DNA of 64,000 nt from an uncultured cyanobacterium (GCA_963803805.1 CAWDOD010000006.1:96001-160000); one strand, 5' to 3'. Shown: positions 19,866 through 30,550, counted from the stretch's first letter. Program-made: numbers and translations. The notes: generated from the sequence alone by a model not told the origin.

Positions 19866-21557
19866 ATGGTCTGGGGATTTCTTTGTGCTGGCGCTATCGG
19901 ATTGGGCTTAAATTTGTATCGGCTGCAAATTCTTCGCGCCCTGAGTTTAGCAGGAAAAGCCCAACAACAACAGATGGTTTATCTGCGCCCTTACATACCC
20001 AGGCGGGAAATAATTGACCGCACAGGTAAGGTTTTGGCGACAGATCAACTAGTCTATAATCTTTATGTTCACCCCAAATTATTTACTACTTCTAAAGAGG
20101 ATGTTGCTAGTAAATTAGCGGAAGTTTTACCAAATACAACCCCAGAAGGGTTGCTAGAAAAGTTTAACCAAAAAGACACAGGGATTCGCCTCTCCAACTC
20201 TTTAAGCGAGGATGTTGCTGACCGCATTTTTGCTTTATCCACCGACGGTTTAGAATTAATTCGCCAATATTCTCGCCTCTACCCCCACAAAGAAATGGCC
20301 TCGGAGGTAGTGGGTTATACAGATTTAGACCATCAAGGGCAAGCCGGAATTGAATATAGTCAACAAAAACTTTTAGAAAGATCTGTACGCACTCTACGTC
20401 TTAGTCGGGCTGGTAACGGCGCACTTATGCCTTCCTATGTACCAGAAGGATTTCTCCATTTTGATGATTTGGAATTGCGGTTAACCATCGATTTACGCTT
20501 ACAAAGGGCAGCCCGTTTAGCCCTTAAACAAAAGATGGAGCAGTTTAATGCTAAAAGGGGTACTGTTATTGTTATGGATGCCCGTGATGGTTCCCTGTTG
20601 TCCTTAGTTTGCGAACCTACCTACGACCCTAATAAGTATTACAACTTTGATGTCCAACTATTTAAAAATTGGGCGGTTACAGATCTTTATGAACCAGGTT
20701 CTACTTTTAAGCCCATTAATGTCGCTGTGGCTTTAGAAGCTAATGCTATTGAAGCCGATAGTTCTTTTAATGATCCTGGTTTAATTTACGTTGATACTTG
20801 GCCTATTTCCAACTTTGATTACGAAAGTCGAGGAGGGCGGGGCTATGTTAGCGTGACAGAAATTTTACGAGATTCTAGTAATGTGGGCATGGTGCAAATC
20901 ATTCGCCAAATGTCCCCTAGAGCTTATTATGGGGCTTTGGAAAGATTGGGGATGGGAGAAAGGGTTGGGGTAGATTTGATGGGGGAAGCCAAAGGACAAC
21001 TGAAGAATGAAAAGGAGTTTTTGGGTTCTCCGGTGGAAGCAGCAACCACATCTTTTGGTCAAGGTTTTTCCCTGACTCCAATTAAATTGGCACAACTCAA
21101 CGCCTTACTGGCCAATGGTGGTAAGTTGGTAACACCCCATGTGGTGAGGGGATTGGTTGATAGGGAAGGACAATATCATTGGCGACCTCGTTTTGCTGAA
21201 TCCCGTGTTTTCTCTCCAGAAACTAGCCGAGAGGTTTTGGAGATGATGGAAACTGTGGTGTCAGAAGGGACAGGAAGAAATGCGCAAATTCCCGGTTATC
21301 GCATTGCTGGGAAGACAGGTACGGCACAAAAAGCTAGTCCCACCGGGGGATATTATGCCAATGCCAAGATAACAAGTTTTGTAGGGATTTTTCCTGTTGA
21401 TAATCCTCGTTATGTGGTTTTGGCAGTGGTTGATGAACCTAAAGGTGATGCTTTTGGTTCAACTGTGGCAGCTCCTGTGGTTAAGTCAGTGATGGAAGCT
21501 TTGATTTCTATCGAGAATATTCCCCCCTCTGAGACGGATGATGAAGTTACCAGGTAA
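19866..21557 (+). CDS. ftsI: Class B penicillin-binding protein (FtsI/PBP3 family); true start probably at 19729 across a 1-nt indel
   Basis: EPGSTFK (SxxK), SSNVG (SxN), GKTGTAQK (KTG); RREIIDRTG dimerisation domain. Confidence 0.85.
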   Translation: MVWGFLCAGAIGLGLNLYRLQILRALSLAGKAQQQQMVYLRPYIPRREIIDRTGKVLATDQLVYNLYVHPKLFTTSKEDVASKLAEVLPNTTPEGLLEKFNQKDTGIRLSNSLSEDVADRIFALSTDGLELIRQYSRLYPHKEMASEVVGYTDLDHQGQAGIEYSQQKLLERSVRTLRLSRAGNGALMPSYVPEGFLHFDDLELRLTIDLRLQRAARLALKQKMEQFNAKRGTVIVMDARDGSLLSLVCEPTYDPNKYYNFDVQLFKNWAVTDLYEPGSTFKPINVAVALEANAIEADSSFNDPGLIYVDTWPISNFDYESRGGRGYVSVTEILRDSSNVGMVQIIRQMSPRAYYGALERLGMGERVGVDLMGEAKGQLKNEKEFLGSPVEAATTSFGQGFSLTPIKLAQLNALLANGGKLVTPHVVRGLVDREGQYHWRPRFAESRVFSPETSREVLEMMETVVSEGTGRNAQIPGYRIAGKTGTAQKASPTGGYYANAKITSFVGIFPVDNPRYVVLAVVDEPKGDAFGSTVAAPVVKSVMEALISIENIPPSETDDEVTR

Positions 21558-21633
21558 TTAAGGCGGTTGAAAAAGAATAACCTTCACCAGGAAAGAAAAG
21601 AAGGCAGGAGGAGTAGCCAAGAATTGCTCTATT

Positions 21634-22038
21634 TCATTTCTTTTGAGCGCAACCTACAGGATAAGCAGATTGATAAGTAGAAGAACGCTTACCAAAGCAA
21701 CTATAACGATTATCCCGCACCTGTTCATAAGCGCGATCGCCTAAAGATTTCATCCCAGGAAGAGAACGATAAGCATTAATAAATAACTCTCCTGCGGGTA
21801 AAAGATTAGCGATTTCTTCGGCGGCGTTGCTACCTTGCCAGCGTCGAGAAAGATTGTTGCCATCAACCAGAATCATACCCATTTCACAGTCTTGAGAAGT
21901 AACATTAAACTCCCTTAAACCCACTTCATCTTGCATAGGTAAATAATCAAATATTTTTCCTTGATCCAACTTTTCTAAAACCTGCACTAAGTTGCTACAA
22001 AGGTTACAGTTGCCATCATAAATTACGTGATATTTCAT
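21634..22038 (-). CDS. DCC1-like thiol-disulfide oxidoreductase (DUF393)
   Basis: N-terminal YDGNCNLC; YEQVRDNRY. Confidence 0.9.
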   Translation of the reverse strand: MKYHVIYDGNCNLCSNLVQVLEKLDQGKIFDYLPMQDEVGLREFNVTSQDCEMGMILVDGNNLSRRWQGSNAAEEIANLLPAGELFINAYRSLPGMKSLGDRAYEQVRDNRYSCFGKRSSTYQSAYPVGCAQKK

Positions 22039-22071
22039 AAGCTGTTTACTATCTAAATCATTTATTATTAC

Positions 22072-23844
22072 TTAATTCCTAATTCCGGTTTGTACTCGCC
22101 AGAAATTAGCATAAATACCTTGATATTGTAACAACTCCTCATGGTGTCCTTGTTCTACAAGTTTGCCTTTTTCCATCACATAAATAGTATCGGCGTTACG
22201 TATGGTGGAAAGACGGTGGGCGATCGCAATAGTTGTGCGGTTTTGAGTGATCTTTTCTAAGGAACGTTGAATGGCGGCTTCGGTTTCGTTATCTACCGCA
22301 GATGTGGCTTCATCAAGGATAAGAATGGGGGGATTTTTTAAGACGGCACGGGCGATGGCAATTCTCTGCCTTTGTCCCCCCGATAGCTTTTGTCCCCTTT
22401 CACCAACGATGGTGTCGTAGCCTTGGGGTAATTGTTGGATAAATTCTTCTGCTTCAGCAATTTTAGCTGCGGCGACAACTTCTTCTAAAGTGGCCTCTCC
22501 GAAGCCATAGGCGATGTTTTCCCTAACCGTGCCGTGGAAAAGAAAGACATCCTGACTTACTAAACCAATGGCGCGACGTAAGTCCTTTAAACGCAAGTCT
22601 TTAACATCAATGCCATCTAAAGTAATTTTTCCCTTTTGCACTTCGTACAGTCGCAACAAAAGCTTAACTAGAGTACTTTTACCCGAACCTGTAGCCCCTA
22701 CAATAGCAATGGTTTTCCCGGCGGGAATCAAGAGGGAAAGATGGGCAATAACAGCTTCTCTTTCGTGATAGGCGAAGGTAATATCTTCTAATTCTACTTC
22801 TCCTTTTACCAAACTAATGGGTAAAGCAATGTTACCGGAGGGAATGTTAATGGGAGTATCAAGAAGATTCATAATTCTATTAGTAGAAGCCATGGCCCTT
22901 TGATATAAATCTAAGGTTCTACCCAAGTAAGTAAGGGGCCAAAGTAAGCGTTGTGTCATGAAGACTAAAACACTATAGGTTCCTACCGCTAAAGCACCAT
23001 TAACAGCAGCTACCCCACCAAAAAGTAAGGTAGTAATAAAACCAATTAAAATAACCAAACGAATCAAAGGAATAAAAGCTGCACTAACTGCGATTGCTTG
23101 ACGATTACTTTGGCGATAAGCTTCACTATCCTGTCGCAAGCGCTCAATTTCATAGTCTTCGGTGGTAAAACTTTTAATGGTAGTAATGCCACTCAAATTG
23201 TTAGCTAAACGGCTATTAAGAGAACCAACTTTTTCTCGCACGTTGGCATAAAGAGGTTCTAAACGCTTTTGAAAATAAATTGAACCCCAAACAATTAAAG
23301 GAATGGGGATCATGGCCATCCAAGCAATACTAGGGGCGAGAATAAAGAAGACAATACTAATAATAATTACAGCAGTACTAACTTGAATGATATCGTTTGC
23401 GCCAACATCAAGAAATCTTTCTAGTTGGTTAACATCATCGTTAATAATTGCTAGTAAATCTCCCGTACTCCTTTCTTCAAAGTAAGCCAATTCCAAGTCT
23501 TGAACATGGCTATAGGCATCTAAACGCATTTCGTGCTGCATATTTTGCGCTAAGTTGCGCCATAACTGGGCATAAGCATATTCAAAAACAGATTCTAAAC
23601 TCCAAACAATGAAACTTAAGATAGAAAGAATTAATAGTTGTGCAAAAGTACCCTTGATGCCAAAACTAGCTACCAGAGAATCTTGTTGTTCCACCACTAC
23701 GTCTACCGCCATACCAATTAATACTGGCGGTGTGAGATCAAAAAGTTTATTAAGTATGGAACAAATAGCAGCTTGCCAAATTAAAGGGCGATGTTTACGG
23801 CTATATTTTAATAAGCGTTGCAGAGGTGGTTTAGGCATTTTCAT
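22072..23844 (-). CDS. ABC exporter, fused permease/ATP-binding protein
   Basis: N-terminal membrane domain; [33 protein letters not shown]. Confidence 0.95.
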   Translation of the reverse strand: MKMPKPPLQRLLKYSRKHRPLIWQAAICSILNKLFDLTPPVLIGMAVDVVVEQQDSLVASFGIKGTFAQLLILSILSFIVWSLESVFEYAYAQLWRNLAQNMQHEMRLDAYSHVQDLELAYFEERSTGDLLAIINDDVNQLERFLDVGANDIIQVSTAVIIISIVFFILAPSIAWMAMIPIPLIVWGSIYFQKRLEPLYANVREKVGSLNSRLANNLSGITTIKSFTTEDYEIERLRQDSEAYRQSNRQAIAVSAAFIPLIRLVILIGFITTLLFGGVAAVNGALAVGTYSVLVFMTQRLLWPLTYLGRTLDLYQRAMASTNRIMNLLDTPINIPSGNIALPISLVKGEVELEDITFAYHEREAVIAHLSLLIPAGKTIAIVGATGSGKSTLVKLLLRLYEVQKGKITLDGIDVKDLRLKDLRRAIGLVSQDVFLFHGTVRENIAYGFGEATLEEVVAAAKIAEAEEFIQQLPQGYDTIVGERGQKLSGGQRQRIAIARAVLKNPPILILDEATSAVDNETEAAIQRSLEKITQNRTTIAIAHRLSTIRNADTIYVMEKGKLVEQGHHEELLQYQGIYANFWRVQTGIRN

Positions 23845-24249
23845 TTATCATTTCTCATCAGACATTTACCTGTAGGGACAACCCGTTTACCAAATATTAG
23901 CAACGAGCAAGGGTTTAGATTGGTTAGCCCACTTATTATCTAGCAGTGTTATAACTCGACAATGCTAACTATAATAGTTTAGTTCGTTTGTAAAAGGACT
24001 ACAGCAATTCTACGACTTATGAGCTAGAGCATAGATTCTGGTTTTTGCTAATAGCTAGTGGTTGGTAGAAATATGGAAATAGACTAAATGTACCTCATGA
24101 ATTTGAGAACTTCTATCTAACAAATAAAGAGATTAACAAAATTCATAAAAAAGTTATTTTTCTAATAGGAAAGAAAGCTTGAGATGTGGTTTTGAGATAT
24201 ATAGTTTATATTACTATGAAGTTTAGCGAATCTCTCTTATTTTAAGGCA

Positions 24250-24612
24250 ATGAAAGCAGAAAAAAAAGAAGTTTTCCTCGAACTAAAAAAGATATTACAA
24301 ACCTATGAATCAAAACTACAACTAATTGAAGATACTGAAGAAGAATATTATTTAGATACTGATTACATTATGAAAAATAAAAAGCGCCTCTCTTTCGGCT
24401 CAGTATCCATTAAAAAAAGTTACGTCAGCTTCCATTTAATGCCTGTATATGAAAATCCAACCTTATTAAACAATCTTTCTCCTCAACTACAAAGAAGAAT
24501 GCAAGGAAAATCCTGCTTTAACTTCTTGGAAATTAACCAGCCTCTGTTTGAAGAATTAAAAACCTTGACTCAAATAGGTTTTGAATCTTACCAATCTAAA
24601 GGCTACCTATAG
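24250..24612 (+). CDS. Hypothetical protein, possibly YdhG/DUF1801-like
   Basis: KKSYVSFHLMPVY and QGKSCFNF motifs. Confidence 0.6.
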   Translation: MKAEKKEVFLELKKILQTYESKLQLIEDTEEEYYLDTDYIMKNKKRLSFGSVSIKKSYVSFHLMPVYENPTLLNNLSPQLQRRMQGKSCFNFLEINQPLFEELKTLTQIGFESYQSKGYL

Positions 24613-24623
24613 TGATTAAGTAT

Positions 24624-24786
24624 GGTGTGTTAGCAGATGATAATACTTGTCAAAAATACTTTAATTTTGTTTCTGCATAACGCATCATCCCTAGACATTG
24701 AATTGACAGAAGTCGGTGCGTTACGGCGGTATTAAACATTTTTATTAAGCTACTATTTTGATAATATCCGCCTAACAACACCCTAC
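24624..24786. repeat. Two tandem REP-like hairpin elements (GGTG(C/T)GTTA...TAAC-C(A/T)C type)
   Basis: ggtgtgttagcaga...tctgcataacgcatc (24624-24686) and ggtgcgttacggcgg...ccgcctaacaacaccctac (24715-24786). Confidence 0.6.
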
Positions 24787-24868
24787 TATAACGACTTATT
24801 GCCATTACCCCTTTCCGGCTGTTGGAAGATGCTTAAAAAGGGTTGCTAATCAACCTAAGCATATTACT

Positions 24869-25636
24869 TTAGTTGAATAAATTAAATCTTTTTAGCAAAC
24901 TTTCTAAAGTAGTTGGTAGAGTTTGGCTTAACTCTTGACTATCTCGAAAGGTTAATTGCTGGCGATTAGGTAAATCAAAAGGATAATTACCAGAAAATTC
25001 TGGACGTTGTTGTTGGCTTAAAAGAACTTGGCCCGATTTTTTACTGTGAATAGCATAGCCAATTTCTATGCAAACATTAGCACTAGGAATCAATTGCTGG
25101 TTCTTTTCCCCACCTTTAGTAATAATAGTTCCGTCAGCAACAAAAAGTAAGCTTTTACGAATTTTACGTAACTGCGTACTACTTAATCTTACAGGACCTT
25201 CTGAGGGAAATAGAGACTCTTCTAAACGTAAAGGAAGGCGCGATCGCTCATTCAATTTATCCAATGCAGCGATTAAGTTTTCTCGTAGGATAGCACTAGA
25301 ATGGGGATATTCTTTTTGGCAACTAAAATAAATAATCGGTTCTAGGTTAGCACTTAGGTCTTGTTTCGTAAAATAGATTTCTTGGGAAATAAGATCAATA
25401 TTAGAAATGCCATAGCCGCCACTACCTTCAATATAAAATTCTACAGTTTCTCCTTCTAAATAGCGCTCGAACCAATCAGAAGTTTGCACCTCTTGAGTCT
25501 CGTTCAAGAAATCTGCCCGCAATCCTGATTTAAGCAGGCTATTTCTACTCAAACGCAAATCATGAGGTCGTTTAATTACCTGTTTAATCGGTTCGTAGTC
25601 TTCAATATACCAAGCTTTCAAAGCTATAATCGCCAT
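24869..25636 (-). CDS. Conserved cyanobacterial hypothetical protein
   Basis: MAIIALKAWY start with a purine-rich RBS; C-terminal NVCIEIGYA...PFDL. Confidence 0.75.
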   Translation of the reverse strand: MAIIALKAWYIEDYEPIKQVIKRPHDLRLSRNSLLKSGLRADFLNETQEVQTSDWFERYLEGETVEFYIEGSGGYGISNIDLISQEIYFTKQDLSANLEPIIYFSCQKEYPHSSAILRENLIAALDKLNERSRLPLRLEESLFPSEGPVRLSSTQLRKIRKSLLFVADGTIITKGGEKNQQLIPSANVCIEIGYAIHSKKSGQVLLSQQQRPEFSGNYPFDLPNRQQLTFRDSQELSQTLPTTLESLLKRFNLFN

Positions 25637-25696
25637 GATACCTTCCCCTCTTTGTTTCAAGTTATTATTATGACTTAACCAATTTTTGACCACCAA

Positions 25697-26329
25697 ATGC
25701 TCTATCTTGATTCAGCACTAATCGAAGAAGCGAAGACAGCTACAGAAATGGGCTGGGTAAAAGGAATTACCACAAACCCCACTCTTTTAGCTAAAAGCAG
25801 TTTGGGAGTAGCAGAAACCCTCACTGAATTAGCGACAATTAGCCCTGGGGAACTTTATTATCAGCTTACGGCTTCAGACTTCTCAAACATGGTGGCAGAA
25901 GGGAGGAAAGCATTTGAGATTATTGGACAAAAAACTGTTTTAAAAATTCCTGCCACAGAAGTTGGTTTTCGCGTTGCAGCTTATTTAGCCCCAGAAATTA
26001 CCTGTTCTGTCACTGCTATTTATAGCCCAGCCCAAGCTGCTGTTGCAAGAGAAGCAGGTGTAAAATATGCAATCGCCTATGTTAATCGGGCGACGCGATT
26101 GTTGGGTGATGGTTTAGCTTTAGTTACAGGAATGGCTAAGGTATTGCAGGGTAGCAAAACAGAGATTTTAGCTGCTAGCATCAAATCCCCAGAAGAAGCT
26201 GTCGCTGCCTTACAAGCCGGGGCCCATCATCTTACTCTTCCTTTACCAATTTTACAGTCTTTAACCACCCATGAACTATCAGAACAAACGGTAACTGAAT
26301 TTGCTGAAAATGGTTGGGGTTTGTTATAG
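25697..26329 (+). CDS. Transaldolase / fructose-6-phosphate aldolase family protein
   Basis: YLDSA, GITTNPTLL, LKIP, ILAASIKS. Confidence 0.9.
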   Translation: MLYLDSALIEEAKTATEMGWVKGITTNPTLLAKSSLGVAETLTELATISPGELYYQLTASDFSNMVAEGRKAFEIIGQKTVLKIPATEVGFRVAAYLAPEITCSVTAIYSPAQAAVAREAGVKYAIAYVNRATRLLGDGLALVTGMAKVLQGSKTEILAASIKSPEEAVAALQAGAHHLTLPLPILQSLTTHELSEQTVTEFAENGWGLL

Positions 26330-26473
26330 CAACATTATGGTTTCTATACCAATGCGAGAGTTTTTGATTCTAATGTCATTAGGACTTAGAAAGTCGAAAT
26401 AATCTTCAAGTTGCATAAGGCAATTTTCCTACTAATAACTAATGCCTAATGGCCAAGGCCAGCTATACATTGC

Positions 26474-28147
26474 TCATTGTTCGGCTTTGCCGTTGCCGCT
26501 AGGCATCATTGACAAGCGTGCGTGTTGCAAACGCAACGCCAACATATGTTCGCATGGTCCTTTATAAAGTTTGTTTTGTTGATACCAGTTGCAACTACAT
26601 TCTGCTTGTAACAACCGTTCGTCACCATCTATAGTTAAAGAAGGACTGTGAATTTTATCACCATCTTCAACTCTACCTTGCAGAAGATAAGTTCCTTTGG
26701 CATCCTCAGTAACAGAAGCAATCCTTGCTGCATTGTTAGTTAAAAAACGATTTGCTTGTTCTTCCCTTTCATTAGCGAAGCGCAACCTCTCTAAAGGTAA
26801 GGGTTCTTGGGTCAATTCCCTAACTCGATAAACTTGCTTATTCAAGTCGTAAATTGCCCTTCCTGCTTGAGTATAAGCGCTTAAAGCCCCTAACACAACA
26901 GCCCGGTCAAGATTGAGACGTTGTGCTAAAGAGTCGGGGGTTTCTGCCCAATTTTTCTTCAGTTCATCAAAAATATGGCGCTTCGTCCAACGGTCAATGT
27001 CGGCACGGGGGGCCATCAAATCAAAGTTACCAGATTGTGACCAGTCATTGGCTGTCCAACCTGATAAACCAAGGGTAAAAGACATATCTCCTAAGTCTGC
27101 CACATAAAAAGAAGGCATTCCTGTACCCAAAAGATGAACAGTAAATTTCTTGGCTACAGGGATAAGGCGTTCTAAAATATGGAGGCGGCGACGACCCCAA
27201 ACCCGAATTACTTCTGCTGTTGAACCTGTATAAAGGGAACGAGGACAAATAAGTTCCTGTTCCCACGGTTCAAATACTACCTTAATTGGTTCCCCTGGTT
27301 TGAGATGATAACGCATTCCCCTGGGCCCTTTCTTTTCCTTACGGCGACGTAGAATGAAGCAGATGTTTTGAATATCGACAGGATGCAACTCAAACCGGGT
27401 TGCAGGAAGAGACATAGCTGAACTAACTTGCAAAAAGCCTCTCACCCAACTGTCAGGGAGATCGATTTTAACTTCTTTATAAACCTCTTCGTGACTAGTT
27501 TCTACTTCAAAACCGGAAGGATCAATTTGGAATTGGGTTGTTTTGTAACTGCGGATTTTTTGAAATTCGTTATAAAGAGAAGCAGAATAGTCAATGTTGG
27601 TTGTGCCGCAAGAAAATTCGTTGATGTCTCTGAAGACTTCATAACTAGCCCCTAACCTGCCATAACTCGACTCATCTTGGCTGAAACATTCAAAAAACAC
27701 TTCGTCAGGATGAACAGTAATTACCGGATCAAGGACATACCAAAGGTCGTGGTTTTTTTTATACAGATAACTAAAATAGTTTCTTTGTGCCTGATAAAAA
27801 GGGCGGCGACGTTGATAACTATCGTTATTAAGGGCTTGAAGTTCTTTCTGTAACTGTTGCATTCTCGCAGCAACTTCCTGTTTTTCTACCGCAACCATTT
27901 GCCAATCAATGTCTAGTTGTTTAGCAGCCCATTCTTTATATTCCGTTTTATCTTTCGGCTGGAAACGCAAGTCAGAAACGACGACATTGTGTAAGGCACT
28001 GATAGCTTCACGAAAAGCAATGTGTTTACGAAGTTCACCAATAAAATAGGTAGGTTGACGCTTCGTATCAGGAGAAAAGGACATTTGGGTGTTGTTCCCC
28101 TTCTCCTGTACGGCGGTACTACCTTGATAGGCGTAATTAAATTCCAT
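26474..28147 (-). CDS. SWIM zinc-finger domain protein
   Basis: C-terminal AECSC...GPCEHMLAL (CxC...CxH); conserved DPVITV, FECFSQDESSY, TTNIDYS and LPDSWVRGFLQV. Confidence 0.85.
   Translation of the reverse strand: MEFNYAYQGSTAVQEKGNNTQMSFSPDTKRQPTYFIGELRKHIAFREAISALHNVVVSDLRFQPKDKTEYKEWAAKQLDIDWQMVAVEKQEVAARMQQLQKELQALNNDSYQRRRPFYQAQRNYFSYLYKKNHDLWYVLDPVITVHPDEVFFECFSQDESSYGRLGASYEVFRDINEFSCGTTNIDYSASLYNEFQKIRSYKTTQFQIDPSGFEVETSHEEVYKEVKIDLPDSWVRGFLQVSSAMSLPATRFELHPVDIQNICFILRRRKEKKGPRGMRYHLKPGEPIKVVFEPWEQELICPRSLYTGSTAEVIRVWGRRRLHILERLIPVAKKFTVHLLGTGMPSFYVADLGDMSFTLGLSGWTANDWSQSGNFDLMAPRADIDRWTKRHIFDELKKNWAETPDSLAQRLNLDRAVVLGALSAYTQAGRAIYDLNKQVYRVRELTQEPLPLERLRFANEREEQANRFLTNNAARIASVTEDAKGTYLLQGRVEDGDKIHSPSLTIDGDERLLQAECSCNWYQQNKLYKGPCEHMLALRLQHARLSMMPSGNGKAEQ
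26479..26507 (-). repeat. SDR5-like very small dispersed repeat inside the 3' end of the SWIM gene
   Basis: Minus strand gatgcc-tagc-ggcaa-cggc-aaa-gccgaac, a double mini-hairpin. Confidence 0.55.
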
Positions 28148-28190
28148 AGAACTTTACCGAGTTGTTGGTAAGAGGCTAGTAATTTATTTT

Positions 28191-28209
28191 ATTATAGTAT
28201 TTATGTACT
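28191..28209 (-). promoter_or_regulatory. LexA-like box abutting a TATAAT -10 element of the SWIM gene
   Basis: AGTATTTATGTACT (28196-28209) is one mismatch from the cyanobacterial consensus RGTAC-N3-DGTWCB; minus-strand TATAAT at 28191-28196. Confidence 0.6.
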
Positions 28210-28338
28210 ATTGAATTTGTTTATTAATCTTTAATATTAAAACTGCGATCGCAGTTGATTCTTTTCATGAGGGAAAAGGGAACAGGCAACAGGCAATACA
28301 ATATATTCTTTACCTATTGCCTATTGCCCAATTCTCAA

Positions 28339-28893
28339 CTATTTAGAACCATTTTGGACAAAACCTAGAGTTAAACTATCAGCAACTAAGAAGTGTTGGA
28401 GATGGTAGGCTCTTTCTTCGGTTTTTAGTAAAATCTGCTCATAAAGATAACGGGTAGCGCGATCGCCTAAACTTTCAGCTTGGGCGGCTTGACGGCGTAA
28501 GACTTTAATTACTTCCTGCTCAGCAGCTAAATCATGTTCTACCATGGAGCGGCAATCAAAAACTCCTTCTGATTCTGGTGCAAAGCAACACAACTCACCT
28601 AGTTTAGCAAAACCAGCCGCCGGAATACCCCCTAAGCCATTTAAACGCTCCCCTAATTCGTGGACGTGTCCTTGCACTTCGTCGTAGCCTTCTTGGAAAA
28701 ATTCGTGCAGAGAATAAAATTCTGAACCCTCAACTACAAAGTGATGCTTTTGGTACTGCAAGTATAAACCCTGAAAACTTGCTAGTAGTACATTCATACC
28801 TTCACAAACTGGCTCAGTTACGCTCTTCTCAAGCAAGATTGGATTATCTTCTACTTCACCGAAAGCTCTTAGTAAACCCTGAGTAATAGACAT
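28339..28893 (-). CDS. dps: Dps family DNA-protection / ferritin-like protein
   Basis: [33 protein letters not shown]. Confidence 0.92.
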   Translation of the reverse strand: MSITQGLLRAFGEVEDNPILLEKSVTEPVCEGMNVLLASFQGLYLQYQKHHFVVEGSEFYSLHEFFQEGYDEVQGHVHELGERLNGLGGIPAAGFAKLGELCCFAPESEGVFDCRSMVEHDLAAEQEVIKVLRRQAAQAESLGDRATRYLYEQILLKTEERAYHLQHFLVADSLTLGFVQNGSK

Positions 28894-29073
28894 TTAGTGT
28901 ATCCCCTTTCATTAAAGAAGTCTTATTGATAATACTAACTTTAGCAGAAATTAACCGATTGGAAACAAGTTTTATTATAAATTTTCCAAAACCTTCTAAT
29001 TCGCCTAGCCCTTATGAATTGTGGCTTTTAGCGTTTTCTTTTTAGTGAACTCTAGCCTTTTTTGTCAGGGTTA

Positions 29074-29092
29074 GTTGAGAATATTTAGCATT
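29074..29092. promoter_or_regulatory. Possible Fur-family box in the dps divergent promoter region
   Basis: GTTGAGAATATTTAGCATT partially matches TTGANAAT-N-ATTNTCAA; iron-related genes on both sides. Confidence 0.3.
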
Positions 29093-29214
29093 TAGAGTGT
29101 ATACTGATGATAATAAAATGAGCAGCTAAACCTTTAGGGTTTAGGCATTGCTTGTAAATCTAGAAAATCAAACTTTTCAATAGTATTGAAACTCTTTTTT
29201 GTTTGTGTGAGTGG

Positions 29215-29478
29215 ATGAATCCCCCAAATCAGAAAACAAAAACCAGCACCGTTGTAGAGGTAAACTGGGCCGATCGCTGGCAAGTTTATCATCGCTTACA
29301 AGAACTCCAAGTTCCCTGCCAATGCCTTACCAATCAGCCTTTACGAGTAGAAATTAATACTCCCTTGGCGACTATGCAACTATGGGGCATTTTGAGAAGA
29401 CTAAGGGCTTCTCGCTCAGAATCAGTTAATTGGTTAGAATGCTGTTGGCGAACAAAGAACTGTTCCCAAGGAAATTAA
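29215..29478 (+). CDS. Asr1405/Asl0597-family protein
   Basis: VNWADRWQVYHRLQELQVPC...WLECCW. Confidence 0.8.
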   Translation: MNPPNQKTKTSTVVEVNWADRWQVYHRLQELQVPCQCLTNQPLRVEINTPLATMQLWGILRRLRASRSESVNWLECCWRTKNCSQGN

Positions 29479-29496
29479 ATATAGGAAAAATTGATA

Positions 29497-30084
29497 ATGT
29501 CAAAATCCAAGCGCCGAGTTGAAGATTTTAATCTTGCCGGACAATTACTTGGTTTTGTAATTAAAGATGGTTATAAAGTAAAATACCTGCGGATGATTGT
29601 TAACGAGGTGGAATACTGGATTAAATTATCCAAAGAAATCCGCCGCAGTCTTGATCCGCGCATCTTTCCTGGCTGTTGGCTGGAGATAGAAGGAACTAAG
29701 GAGCTTAATGGCAAAAACGGCAAGGTTAAATATAAAGCAGATTCAGTTATCTTAAAAATAGAAACTGACACTGCCAAAGAAGCTATTGTCCCTATCAAAA
29801 CCAAGAAAGCTAAAAGTAAAGCCAAAGTTTTAATTTGTCAAAAATCAAGCTGTAAAAAAAGAGGGGCCAAAAAAGTTTGCGAAGCCCTAGAAAAGAATTT
29901 GCGAGATCGCGGCATCGCAGAAGAAGTCACGATTAAATCAGTAGGCTGTCTCAAAGAATGCAAAAAAGGCCCCAACTTGGTATTGATGCCTGATAAAGTC
30001 CGCTACAGTAAGGTAAATGCTCAAAAAGTACCTGATTTAATCGAAAAGCACTTAGCATCGCCGGTTAAGGACAATCAATCTTAA
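29497..30084 (+). CDS. Thioredoxin-like [2Fe-2S] ferredoxin domain protein
   Basis: ICQKSSCKKRG...GCLKECKKGPN cysteine pattern. Confidence 0.88.
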   Translation: MSKSKRRVEDFNLAGQLLGFVIKDGYKVKYLRMIVNEVEYWIKLSKEIRRSLDPRIFPGCWLEIEGTKELNGKNGKVKYKADSVILKIETDTAKEAIVPIKTKKAKSKAKVLICQKSSCKKRGAKKVCEALEKNLRDRGIAEEVTIKSVGCLKECKKGPNLVLMPDKVRYSKVNAQKVPDLIEKHLASPVKDNQS

Positions 30085-30110
30085 AGTAGATCCTAGATCC
30101 TCTGCGAATA

Positions 30111-30494
30111 TTAAGGTAAAAAGCGGTCTAGAGCCGCTTTTAACTCTTCAATTTCCAGATCAATATTGCCATCTTCCACAGCGCGAGTAATACATTCTGA
30201 TAAATGTTCGTCGAAAATTATTCTCGCCACCCGATCCAAAGCACCTCTAACAGCAGCAATTTGAATTAGTACTTCCGGACAAGGGCTACTTTCACTAACC
30301 ATAGTTTTCACCCCACGAATATGCCCTTCAATACGAGAGAGCCGATTAACAATTTTGCGGAGAGACTCTTCGCTATGAACGTGTTTATGGAGATGGGGCT
30401 TAGGTTCAGATTCTCTTAATTCAGAAGAGTCTCCAGGATGCTGTTTATTTTGTCTACGGACATTTTCGCTAGTAAAACTTTCAACTCTAGTCAT
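30111..30494 (-). CDS. CsoR/RcnR-family metal-sensing repressor (InrS-like)
   Basis: His-rich N-terminus; RLSRIEGHIRG, CPEVLIQIAAVRGAL, EHLSEC. Confidence 0.9.
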   Translation of the reverse strand: MTRVESFTSENVRRQNKQHPGDSSELRESEPKPHLHKHVHSEESLRKIVNRLSRIEGHIRGVKTMVSESSPCPEVLIQIAAVRGALDRVARIIFDEHLSECITRAVEDGNIDLEIEELKAALDRFLP

Positions 30495-30550
30495 TTGGTC
30501 AACTAAGACAATGTATCTACTATATCTTAGTCTAATCCTTTCAAAAGAAG

